Assembly: GCF_006345805.1 (NCBI RefSeq)
Contig: NW_021827594.1
Location: 1-38,699 of the forward strand
Origin: Octopus sinensis
Lineage: Eukaryota
Direction: 5' to 3'
DNA: 38,699 bases
The position numbers and the translations under genes were made by a program. Below the pieces are notes generated by a model. The model saw only the letters and a program-made list of their open reading frames with translations, searched no databases and was not told the DNA's origin. How positions within the stretch are numbered: the stretch's first letter is position 1; every line of letters starts with the position of its first letter. This document shows positions 13,103 to 25,443 of this stretch, in pieces.

Positions 13103-13225
13103 TGGTTTCAAAATTTGGGACAATGTCAGCAACTTGGTACTTATTTTATCGACTGCAAAAGAATGAAAGGTGAAGTCGACCTCGAGAGATTTCAAGTGAG
13201 AACATAAACAGCCACAAGAAATAGG
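13103..13225 (-). mobile_element. SINE family A fragment
   Basis: tggtacttattttatcgactgcaaaagaatgaaaggtgaagtcgacctcg. Confidence 0.7.
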
Positions 13226-13306
13226 TCTAATCATTTTGTCCGACTCACGTTGATAATAACCCTGAGAAGGAGGAGGGTGAGGAAGAGGATGGGGATACTC
13301 TCTACA

Positions 13307-13810
13307 ATTTTAATATAAGCACAAAGCCTGAAATATTTGCTGGATGAGGACAGTCGATTACATCGTCCTAAGGACGATAGACGCAGTCAACCTCGGTGGA
13401 ATTTGAACTCAGAAAATGTATAGATCAGTGGTTCTCAACTGGAGTCTATATGGCCTCCGAGAGTTCATTTAAGAATTTGGGGGTTCCTACGCTACGGAAT
13501 TGTAAACTGGGATTCCACAACAATATTTTAATTGCCCCTGCAAAATTTCTGCTTTAGATGAATATATTGGTGTGTATTGAAAGGAACAGTTAAGTTTCTT
13601 TCTCTAACACTTTACATAATCCAAGCTACACAACTGAATGAGTGAGGAACAAAAAAGGAATTTGAAAGAAATTTCTATGAAAATCAATTTTAAACATCGT
13701 GTGGCTATAAGATCCACCTAAATAAAATCGTAATCGAAGGGCTCTATAGATAAAAAATTATTGAGAACCACTGGCACAGACGGACGAAATGCTGTTAAGC
13801 AATTTCTTTT
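13307..13810 (-). mobile_element. SINE family A copy interrupted by a hAT MITE
   Basis: cagtcgattacatcg...cctcggtggaatttgaactcagaa precedes the MITE, and acggacgaaatgctgttaagcaattt resumes the SINE sequence after it. Confidence 0.7.
13426..13773. mobile_element. hAT-superfamily (Charlie-like) non-autonomous DNA transposon / MITE, 348 bp
   Basis: Perfect 13-bp TIRs cagtggttctcaa (13426-13438) and ttgagaaccactg (13761-13773). Degenerate 8-bp TSD gtatagat / gcacagac. No ORF. Confidence 0.85.
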
Positions 13811-14529
13811 TCAGCGTGCTAACGGGACTATCATCCGATGTGCTATTGATTTTGTTTATGATGATAATGATGGTGATGGTGACGACGATGATGTTAATAA
13901 TGAGAAGACGAAGAAAAATTCGAAGAAGAATTGGGGTGAGGTGAAGAAAGTGGTTCAATGATTAATGACAGAATAGCGGAAGAGATAGACAGACAAGTAG
14001 ATAGATAGATAGATAGATGGATAGGGAGAGAAAGAGAAAGTGTGTGAGAGAGAGAGAGAGAGAGAGGGGGGGAGAGTGAGAGAGATAGAGAAATAGAGGA
14101 AGAGAAAGATGGGGATGTACAAACAGAGGGCAAGGGATAAGGGTAAATCTATCAAAAGTAAATTTTGAGAGATAAGAAAGTTAGGAAAAGGAATATTTTT
14201 GAAAATATATATCCGATATTCAAACTTTCTTTTTTTTTACTTTTGTTGGGACAATAATGTCTTAATTCTAAGAGTTCTAACCTTGGTTTTAGTAGTGTCA
14301 GTGGGTGAAGAAAAAAAAATTAAGAGTGGACAGCGTATACTTACGAACATATACATACATACGTACATACATATTTGCATACATACATATTTATATTAGT
14401 GAAAGTGGGGCTAATATTTCAAGTGTTAAAACGGGAGACTATCCTATGCTAGCAGGTAAGTTTGTTCGTTCGAAACCGAAATGCTGTTAGGCGGTTGACA
14501 GTGAGCAAAAGCATACAGAGAACGCTTAC

Positions 14530-14829
14530 CTCGATTCGGTATAGTTTGATAATTCTAATGTATTTGTAGAAGGAGGGCTTTTCTGGTGGAACTATACAAA
14601 CGCGCACGGTTACCGGACCGTTCGGGTAGTAATAGCATTGTTTATTACCTGCATTCACGCGTGTCTTGATGTATATGGTGCTAGTAATGGGTAGTGGTGA
14701 GTTAATAGCGTTGGGAGAGATTCTGGTCAGGATCGGTCGATATGGAGAACCGTTCCTGAAGAACTTGATACAGCGGCCCATAGCACGCTGACCGAGTGGA
14801 CAATGTCTACGCTGTGGCAACCTGAGAAT
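14530..14829 (-). CDS. Internal coding exon (100 codons, phase 0/0) of an unidentified gene: ILRLPQRRHCPLGQRAMGRCIKFFRNGSPYRPILTRISPNAINSPLPITSTIYIKTRVNAGNKQCYYYPNGPVTVRVCIVPPEKPSFYKYIRIIKLYRIE
   Basis: Minus strand shows acceptor ctcctttgcttatttcgcag|ATT and donor GAG|gtaagc exactly 300 nt apart. Only one frame is open; the other two contain stops. About 46% GC (hand count 139/300) against a very AT-rich background, and non-repetitive. No family recognised. Confidence 0.7.
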
Positions 14830-15377
14830 CTGCGAAATAAGCAAAGGAGACGATTGATTTAGCTATTTGCACCATAGAGAACTAAACACACATGTTGTAA
14901 TCCCGGTTCTTCGAGGTTATTCTATAAAGAAAATACATAACAAAGCACAATAAGACATTTGTTCCTACAAGAAAAGAAAGCGAAACAAAGAAAAAAAGCA
15001 GGATTTTCGATTTGGTTGTTGCTGTTGTTATCGTTGTTGCTGTGGTTAGTCCAATATTAAGCGTCAACCATTAAACACAATATCAAATACAGCAGTGAGA
15101 ACATCAACACCGGTCACGTGATATCCTTTGCCGCAATAAAACAAAAATCTGCGTAATTATTATATACTGTAACACCATGTAAAATGTATTCATGCATAAG
15201 TACATATATACATGTATACACACACACACAATATATGTATATATGAGTATTGTAGTTCGCTTGAAGCATTGTGTTTTGTTTGTGAAATATAAAGTGTCTT
15301 GAATAACACAAAAATGCAAAGTGGAAAATAATAACTGTTATAATTTAATTATCCATAGTCTGATATATAAGCCGAAT

Positions 15378-16011
<634 letters not shown>

Positions 16012-17174
16012 AAAGCACATCTTGTGGTGTACTTGAGGCCAGCGTGGCAAGAGTTATATCCCGCTTGCAATAAATATCGGCTGCGAGAAACTTCTCTGAA
16101 TAAACCAGCTGCAGGAGATGTCTTACTGAGGATAAATGGCAGTATAGTCGTCACTTAGAGAGGAACCACCTTAAATCAGCCATAAGAACAACCAACATAA
16201 ACACGAACATAAGGTGTAATATATTCACTTTCCACCTGGTTCAAGATATTTCCCACTTCTGTCCAGCAGACACTTTAGAATCAATAGGTAAAGGTTAAAT
16301 TTCAAAACCTTTGACCTAGACAAATTTACAATTACACACTTTAACATTTAAGCTCTGTAATAATGGCTGTCCTCACATCATACACTGTTTCGTATAAACT
16401 GTCGGATTGCCGGAAGTAGTTGTTTGAAAGACTTTCCTGCCAAACGTTCGCGCTCTCTCTTTGAATAATCAATGATTGCTTTCCTTCCTTAAGATAATAA
16501 TATGAGATCTGAGGGATATCAATATACATATCATCCATTAAACCTTAATGAAATATCCTCATATAAACACATAAACTTCCCATGCAATGAAGTCATATCT
16601 GCTTTCAATGCTAATCTTTGCAATCATTAAACTGCCCATTCTTTTATCAAATTGCTTGTATTGAAATGATATTTCTGAAAACAAATCTATTCTTGATAAG
16701 AGCACAGGACTTCTACAAGGAAAAAAACTATACAGTTATCGCTTTGTGTCATTTCCCCGCTCTTCGTTTGCCAGGAAAATACTAAGCCAATCTCCTTGAA
16801 ACAACATAAACCTCTGACTACTAGATGATCCCTCAGGCCACCTGTCCTCAGTTTTATGCAAAGCTAACACTTCCAGAATGTTAAATTTCAGAGCGGGTAA
16901 AGAAAGGAGAAAATTTGAAGCTGTTCCGCTTGCTAGTAACAGGAGTAAAAGTGTTCAAGTTTTGTGAGGTCTTCATAAAGGAATTATTATTTGATGATGT
17001 GGTTATGAGAATCTCTAGAATTAGAAACCCAATCTCTCATTAAACGAATCCTACTGCCTCAAAAAACATTAAAAATATATACTGCATTTACGCTGACACT
17101 GACACACAGACGCACCCGCGCACAGAGACACATACACGCAGACAAACACACACGCACATCTGGAGAGAGATAGT

Positions 17175-17208
<34 letters not shown>

Positions 17209-17214
17209 TATATC

Positions 17215-17338
17215 ACATGATCACATGATCACGTGATCAACCAGGCTATTATATTTTGTTACACATCGCTGGTCACAATGCGCTTCGCATTGTTTTAGCC
17301 TTCAAATGACGCCACCCCGCTGGCTAAGCGAGCAGGCC
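17215..17338 (-). mobile_element. Probable 3' fragment of a fourth SINE family
   Basis: acacatcgctggtcacaatgcgcttcgcattgttttagccttcaaatgacgccaccccgctggctaagcgagcaggcca recalled as a cephalopod SINE 3' region. Only one copy in this window, so not internally verified. Confidence 0.5.
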
Positions 17339-17400
17339 ATATATATAGATATGCATATATAGATACGTTCAGCGGCTGCACAGTCTCAACGAAGCGAAAT

Positions 17401-17721
17401 GGCATTCTACTACAATCCTACAACACCCGCCAATATAATCAAAACCGCATTTCAAGAACTCGACCGGGAAATGCTGCTTCATCCTCCATACTCAGATTTT
17501 CACCTCTTACGAACGCTTCAATAATAAACGTGGAGTAGAGGGCTTTGTTGGACGGATTCTTTGGACCAAGACTAAAGGTTTTCTATCGCCGTGGCATCGA
17601 AAAACTTATCGAATGATGGGAAGAAATCGCAAAAAACGAGGTTGAGTATATATAATTGATCAATTTCTTCTATTTTTTTTTTGCTTAAAAGAACGCTCAT
17701 GAATTATTCCACAAACCAATA
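17401..17721 (+). mobile_element. Mariner (Tc1/mariner) transposase C-terminal remnant plus 3' TIR, pseudogenised
   Basis: IKTAFQELDREMLLHPPYS-DFHLLRTLQ* corresponds to mariner HPPYSPDLAPSDFHLF with PDLAPS deleted. FYRRGIEKLIE*WEEIAKNEVEYI* follows. TIR-like gaattattccacaaaccaata at 17701-17721. Confidence 0.9.
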
Positions 17722-17732
17722 TGCATATATAC

Positions 17733-18018
17733 GAGGCTTAGTGGTTAGGGCATTCGGCTCACGATCAAAAGGTCGTGATTTCAATTCCCGGCGACGCGTT
17801 GTGTCCTTGAGCAAGACACTTTATTTCACGTTGTTCCAGTCCACTCAGCTGGCAAAAGTGAGTAGTACTTGTATTTCAAAGGGCCAGCTTTGTCACACTC
17901 TGTGTCACGTTGAATCTCCCTCAGAACTACGTTAAGGGTTCACGTGGAGTGCTCAGCCACTTTCATTTTAATTTCACGAGCAAGCTGTTCCGTTGATCGT
18001 ATTAATGGGATTTTTCTC
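17733..18018 (+). mobile_element. tRNA-derived SINE family C
   Basis: ggcttagtggttaggg A-box, tcaattcccgg B-box-like motif, then ttgtgtccttgagcaagacactttatttcacgttg central domain. Confidence 0.85.
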
Positions 18019-18060
18019 TAATATATATATATATATATTATATATATATATATAATATAT

Positions 18061-18111
<51 letters not shown>

Positions 18112-18131
18112 TTATACATGTATACCTACAT

Positions 18132-18178
<47 letters not shown>

Positions 18179-18928
18179 GATATATATAGATATATATATA
18201 CATACATAAAAATATACATATACATCTATGTATATGTGCGTGTATGTATGTGTCTGCGTGTGCAGTGTGCATGTATAGTCACATATATGTAGATATGTGT
18301 ATGTATGCATGTGCATGTATGTATTTAAGCACTTATCAATTTGTCACATAAATTACAAGACATACTCTCACTCATACACGCTTGCACGCACACGCATACG
18401 CACATACACATATATATACATATAAGCATATATATATATATGTTTGTATGTTCGTTTACAATTCAAATAGTGACAAATATATTGTATGAGCCACAGACCA
18501 AATATAATATTTCCTTCGAATGGAAAAGAAAACATTTTTGTTAAAAATTATTGAGAAATAAAGAATGCTTTATAGACAAAAGAAATTAAAGCTAAAAATA
18601 AGAGATTTAACAAGGAGTGGGTCTTCAAAGGTAAGTACGTGACATTTGTGGAATATTTGAGGAAAGGATTGGCATATGGGAAATCAGAATTTCATTATTA
18701 TGTCGCAAAGGATTGTGGGGTGTCCCCCAGAGACAATTGAATGATAACGGCCATTATACATTCTACACAAGTTGAAAGGCAGTAAAAGTTATATATTTAC
18801 ATATAACAACTTAAGGAGGGATTGGTTGCGAAAAAGCCGACGTAACCGAACTCACACACGTACACTATTCCATAAATACATACATTCGTATATATACATA
18901 CACACATACGTACGTGAATACATATACA

Positions 18929-19192
<264 letters not shown>

Positions 19193-19564
19193 TATGGGTA
19201 TATATAAATATTTGTACATACATACCTCATTCTCAGTGTTGCGTTAAGCTAACAACAAAGTTAGGTTGTTTTAAAAATTACTTTGAATGTAATGGCGTTA
19301 TTTTAACATAGTTACGCACGCGCCCGAACAAGAATACACACATACATATCTATGTGAATATATATGTATATGTGTAGATATGTTTGTTTATGTGTGTGTA
19401 TTAGCACATATGTATATGTATCGTTATCCTATCCTATTCTAATATTTCTATCTATCTATCTGCCTGTCTGTCTATTCATATTTATATTCAATGATATAGT
19501 TATAGGTATGAAGAAATAGACGTGCTTAGATATATATGTATACACACACGCATATATATGTATG

Positions 19565-19595
<31 letters not shown>

Positions 19596-19596
19596 G

Positions 19597-19648
<52 letters not shown>

Positions 19649-20619
19649 ATATAATATATATATATATATACACCTGTGTGTGTTTGTGTGCATTTGATGT
19701 GTATGTATGTATATATATATATGTATGTTTGTATGTATATATCAATATTAATAAAATTCAGTCTTTTTGTATATACCTTTGCTGGTCTGAGAAGATGTGG
19801 GGTAAAAAGATTTTGTTTGTGCATTATGTTATCATGTTATGTATACATAAAATATGAGAAAAAGCTACAAAACGTAAAAGAAAACTCGAAATATACCTAT
19901 ATATACATTAACAATGCCATTTTATATAATATAATCGATATTGATTTGAATGTTTGAAGGAAAGTCATGTTAAGTAAATAACAGAAACCACTAACGTGTT
20001 GGCATCCTCTTTTGAATTAATTTCTCGTCGTCTTTATAAATATTTGGTGTTCTCATATTCCTAGTTCTGTTGTTCGTGATATTGCCTCTCATTTTTCCGT
20101 CCGTAGATTTCCCATAAGCTCTATCCCAGCAACATACGCTACAATGCCATAGGTACGTGCATTAGTGTAAACTTGTGTAGTCATTTACAGTAATATCCCT
20201 TGTTTCATACAGCTACAAATTCTGATCTACGACTGTAATATAATAATATTGAAAAGGGCAAAATTTACCCGAAAACTAAGGATTGTTAACTTTTAATAAA
20301 AAAGTGGATATTTATTAATTTCTCTTATTATTTAAATTTATTCGTTTTTTATGATATTGTAACGACTATGTGAAACTAACTTCACAGCAAGTTTAGTGCT
20401 TTCTAGCAAACTAGGATGCCCGATATTGTCCTCGTTATACGTTTAATCTTATCCAATCTTTCCGCATCCTCCCTCACGACTACAACCATCATCAGTTACC
20501 GTCGTCTTCCTCATCTTCTGCCAGTTATTCATTCATTTCCTTCAGTTTGAAAGTAGTGAGGAAATCATCGTGGAACACGTTAATTAAATGGATTAATTTT
20601 TGTTTTTTTCAGTTTCAAA

Positions 20620-20832
20620 CTAAAAATTATAGAGCCTTTTTCTTAATACACAAGAAGGAATTCCACTCAAGATGCGCGTACGTAATATATATTTATACAC
20701 ATAATCTACATGTCTAAATGTTTGTGTATGTAGGTAGACATAGTAGCCATGATGTAATATCACCCCGAGAACCACCAGAAATAAAATCAAAAGCAGTATC
20801 TTGAAGAAGCCGTTTTGGCACTTGTTCTCCAT
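20620..20832 (-). CDS. Possible first exon or small membrane-protein ORF with an N-terminal signal/anchor (MENKCQNGFFKILLLILFLVVLGVILHHG...)
   Basis: ATG in strong context (aagcATGg), then an 18-residue hydrophobic stretch. Same strand as, and upstream of, the 14530-14829 exon. No strong in-phase splice donor found. Confidence 0.2.
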   Translation of the reverse strand: MENKCQNGFFKILLLILFLVVLGVILHHGYYVYLHTQTFRHVDYVYKYILRTRILSGIPSCVLRKRLYNF

Positions 20833-21312
20833 GCTTTGTTAACAAAAAAGATAAATGTTTCGATTTCTTCAAACCTTCATTTCATATTCCTCCACAAAAT
20901 AATCGATCAATGAATATTTGAGAAGAAAGAACGTACGTTGTAGCCGCCACTGATGGGAAATCAGTAACAAAGAACCCTAGAAATTGAAGACGTTCAGTTA
21001 CAATATATTAAAGAATATTCTACACCTGTATTGTGTCCTATAACTTATCGGTTCCGTATGAGCAGACACACACATAAACACTCGCACATAAGCACACACG
21101 CATACATACGCACACATGGACACACACACACATACACACACATATATATATGTATAAATATATTTCCTGTATTGCATTCAGGCACTCTATTATGCATCCA
21201 TTGCATCTTATAGCAAGAGCTATAGAAAGAGCTGTAACCTAATGAAGTCCATGACATCTCTTTCTTATATATACATAGAAAAATTCATACATGCATACAT
21301 GCATATACATAC

Positions 21313-21373
<61 letters not shown>

Positions 21374-21858
21374 CGTATATTGTTGATAAATATGCACACA
21401 CACACATATAGATATCCACACAGAAACATATTTGTCTGAAATTTAATATACATTTGCCTCGTCTTTGCCAAGTATATATTTGTCTGTGTAGTGATGCTTA
21501 TGTTTATGGCATTGTTATACTTATGTATATGCACAAGCAGGTACTGATGCTGGTAGTGCGTGCGAATGTTTCCTTCTCTCACCCCCAATCACTCCCGCCC
21601 CGTGTCTCGCAGTGTTTATATCCATCATACATTGAGTGTATAACATCTATGTCGGTTTCGTTCTACGTCAGCTCAACAAGATTTTACTATAATGAAAACT
21701 AAATAACATTGCGCAAATAATCATTATAAAGTCGTTTGTAGATTCCGTTTGACAGCAAACACAGAAGATAACACCCACTCAGACATAATGGCATTCAAAC
21801 AGACTCACACATATACATTTTCTATTCACTTTCCGTCTGCTTTCTCTCCTCATTCCTT

Positions 21859-22010
21859 TCTTTAGAAGAGGATAGACTCGGAACGTCAAAGACACGAAAC
21901 GTCAAAGACTTCTTCAATATTTTCCTCAGCGTCAAAGTAAAACACACTGTGTGTTGTTCTTTCACCAGTCTCTCTATGTTCTAAATTGTACCTATATTGT
22001 TTTAACTATA
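21859..22010 (+). mobile_element. Penelope-like terminal remnant carrying a degenerate hammerhead motif
   Basis: tcttt-agaaga-g-gataga-ctc-ggaac-gtc-aaaga, followed by a repeated gaaacgtcaaaga. Confidence 0.45.
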
Positions 22011-22014
22011 TATT

Positions 22015-22153
22015 ATTCTTTATGGCCCACAAGGGGTTAAACACAGAGGGGACAAACAAGGACAGACAAAGGGATTAAGTCGATTATATCGACCCCAGTG
22101 TGAACTGGTACTTTATTTATCGACCCCGAAAGGATGAAAGGCAAATTCGACCA
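22015..22153 (-). mobile_element. SINE family A 3' half
   Basis: cccacaaggggttaaacacagaggggacaaacaaggacagac...ttatcgaccccgaaaggatgaaaggc. Confidence 0.9.
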
Positions 22154-22829
22154 ATTTTTTAACTATATAAGCGTATGAATGTGTGTGTCTTAGTTCCTTT
22201 TACTTTCCGGTAACTCACTAAGGGAAACCAATAGAAACTTCCCTTACGTATTTGATATGAGTATATTAAAATTTATTACAAGAAATATAGTAAAGACATT
22301 TTCCAGCCATTTGTCATTATTTCATAGAAATCAGTGGCAAAGAACTCATTGCGCATGTCTAGTGATTTAGTCATTATCAAGTTCAGAATGCCTAGCAACT
22401 TATCGCATGCAGTCATCAATTTGGCTGTTAAATAATTTTGTTTGATAATTGTATTTTATTTGATTCACGTAAGAAAAACTAGCTTCATACCAATATTTAA
22501 TGCCAAAAAAATAGATAATAAAAAAACAAGACAAAAAGAATAAAAAACGCTCATAAACTTTGATGTCATACATTCCGCAATTGTGGAGACTATCAAATCA
22601 TGATTTATTTATTTTAACCTCAAATAATGTTGTCAGCAATTTAGAGAATGTTTCATTTATTTCAAACGGGAAGAATTTCGTCAACGTTTAGAATTTTCTT
22701 TGTACGGCGTAATTACACTAAAATAAAATATTTTGAATTTACGACTGCACCTAATATAATATAATAAAATAAACTATAATATAATATTTCATATAATACT
22801 ACAGATAGATAGATAGATAGATAGATAGA

Positions 22830-22863
<34 letters not shown>

Positions 22864-23013
22864 GAGAGATAGATAAATAGGTAGATAGTGAGAGATAGAG
22901 TGTGTGTTATCGTTACGTCCCTTTTGATTTTTCTACTGGTTGATTCATTCACAAACTCCACTACGCAGCATGGACTAAACTTCTTTCCAGAAAATACGAA
23001 ATTACAATCTCAA

Positions 23014-23046
23014 TGTCCTGATTAGCGAGAGCGAAACCGGTCGACA
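23014..23046 (+). ncRNA. Minimal type-I hammerhead ribozyme motif with one core substitution (G8>U)
   Basis: tgtc-CTGATtA-gc gaga gc-GAAA-ccgg-TC-gaca. Stem I is 4 bp, stem II is 2 bp closed by a GNRA loop, stem III is the palindrome ACCGGT, and the site is GUC. Confidence 0.7.
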
Positions 23047-23199
23047 AAGACAATACTCTTTCACTTATAAATATATTAAAATTATGTAAACATTATTCTT
23101 CTTTTATTATATACATATATTTTGCATTACAACTCCAACGTGGGGAAAATGGAAATCCTGCTACTCCCTTTTTCTTACTATATATATATATATATATAC

Positions 23200-23241
<42 letters not shown>

Positions 23242-23325
23242 GGATTAATAGATAGACAGATAAATGCATATATAAACGCATACACACAAGCATTTTGGGG
23301 GCGATCGATAGAATATGTATCAATT

Positions 23326-23625
23326 AAGCACTGGGTTCGCTGTTATCGGCTCTTTCCCCAAATATCTGGCCTTGTGCCAAAATTTGAAGTTGATATTTTG
23401 CAGATAGGTTAAGGCGGTGTGCTGGCAGAATCGTTACCTCGCCTGATAAAAAGCTTAGCAGCATTTTTCTGCGATTCTATCTGCTGTGTTTAAATGCCGT
23501 CAGGGTTAAATTTACTTTTCAATCTTTCGGAATGAATTAAAAGTCCCAGCTGAACACTGGGGTTGATGTAATCAACTTATCTCTGTCCCGAAATTGCTGG
23601 ATTTGTGCCATAATTTGAAGTCAAT
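23326..23625 (+). mobile_element. Two degenerate SINE family A pieces (3' fragment 23326-23398; near-full copy 23413-23625)
   Basis: ggcggtgtgctggcagaatcgttac head and cactggggttgatgtaatc...gtgccataatttgaa tail. Confidence 0.7.
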
Positions 23626-23852
23626 GTTTTACATACAGATTAAATAATTTCTTTCAGAACATTCGATTATATGGATTCCTTTGTTGATTGGATATTTTAT
23701 TGTATCGATCCCAAAAGAATTAATGTGAAATGTTACTTCAGCAGGAATTAGAATCTTTTAATTACATTAAATAAATATCAAATTCACGTCTGTTACTTGT
23801 TCTATGGCATATTATATTATTTAGATGTGGAATCCCATCTAGATAATATAAT

Positions 23853-24054
23853 TATTTCTTTACTACCCACAAGGGGCTAAACACAGAGGGGACAAACAAG
23901 GACAGATATCGACCCCAGTGCGTAACTGGTACTTAATTTATCGACCCCGAAAGGATGAAAGGCAAACACGACCTCGGCGGAATTTGAACTCAGAACGTAA
24001 CGGCAGACGAAATACGGCTACGCATTTCGCCCGGCGTGCTAACGTTTCTGCCAG
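23853..24054 (-). mobile_element. SINE family A, best-conserved copy
   Basis: Runs from the tail (cccacaaggggctaaacacagagggg) through the core to the head (gcccggcgtgctaacgtttctgccag). Confidence 0.9.
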
Positions 24055-24871
24055 ATAATATAATATGGACGCAAAGAGGGGGATGCCGGAGGACAAATGT
24101 TAAGTGCATCTGTGTTCCAATTATATAGGACAAAAATATTTCGTCTATGGTGAAATTTTCTTCTTGAAAATTCATGGCCTGTAAATTGAGGGATATTTTG
24201 CTGTAGCTCAAACGAGTGAAACGACGAGTAGAAATGTGTTTTGTATGACATTGAAATATGTTTCAGAGTAAGTCATTTTATTTAAAATTAGAACTTGTTT
24301 TATGAGTAGTAAGAAAAATTAATCGTTGAATTTAAGAACGCAAATTCTTCAGGGAGGCGTAGTTGAGGTTGGAGAGTTTACGCAGCAGATGTTACAATAG
24401 TCGCTCAACTTTTGAGTCTCTAAAAGGCGCTCAATTCCTGAGACCCTAATATGCACACAAGTCATGAGCCCCTACCAGGTGCGCGAATCATTTCGTAGGC
24501 GCTTATAATCTGCAATTCCGTGGAGAGCAGCTGGCTATTTCTAAGCTAAACAAAAGCAATTATGTAGAGGCATTACACTAATCACACAGTATGTGAGACA
24601 AAATGAATATAAAGCCTACATGAGAATAATAGTCCACAAAGCAAGATACGTATACGAATGCATAGCGCCTTTGTTTAATATAATCGCTTTTACACCAGCT
24701 CCATACACGTCGAGCTGGGCACAAGTGACCGGCAGTCATTGTATATTTTGATTAATCTGAGTATAAACAAGGGACAGAAGGGGATATACTTAAATCATTA
24801 CGTGCATAAATGCATTTGGCTGAATAAATACTTAAATTATCTACATGTATATATGCATACGTGGTTGTCAA

Positions 24872-24913
<42 letters not shown>

Positions 24914-25047
24914 TGTTTGTGAGCGTGCATCTGTGCGTATATTTCTATCAAATTATCTATATCTATATACATATAAGCGGACTGATAGATCTGTAAGTGG
25001 ATATATAGTTAGAGAGACATTGATAAAAATACACAGGTTATATAAAT

Positions 25048-25443
25048 GTAGGTGTGGCTGTATGGTAGGTAGCTTGCTTACTAACCACATGGTTCCGGGT
25101 TCAGTCACAATGCGTGGCACCTTGTACAAGTGTCTTCTACTATAGCCTCTGGTCGACCGAAACCTTGTGAGTGGATTTGGTTGACGGAAACTGAAAGAAG
25201 CCCATCATATATGTGTATGCATTTGAGTGTTTGTGTGTTTGTGTGTACCTGTGTTTGTTCCCCCACACCATCGCTTGACAACCGATGTTTACGTGTGTTT
25301 ACGTCGCCGTAACTAAGCAGTTCGTCAAAAGTGACCAATAGAATAAATACCAGGCTTACAAAAGATAAGTCGTGGGGTCGATTTGTTCGACTAAAAATGG
25401 TGCTCCAGCATGGCCGCAGTCAAATGACTGAAACATATAGAAG
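25048..25443 (+). mobile_element. tRNA-derived SINE family B, full length
   Basis: gtggctgtatggtaggtagcttgc head, ggttccgggttcagtc B-box, and tggtgctccagcatggccgcagtcaaatgactgaaac end. Confidence 0.9.

Noticed and set aside
17733-17800. tRNA gene
   Set aside because: Only the tRNA-derived SINE head (A/B boxes). It continues into SINE body and has no complete cloverleaf or T-run terminator.
18576-18636. 55-nt plus-strand exon candidate with perfect AAG|gtaagt donor
   Set aside because: Weak acceptor, and joining it to the 14400-14455 candidate produces an immediate stop.
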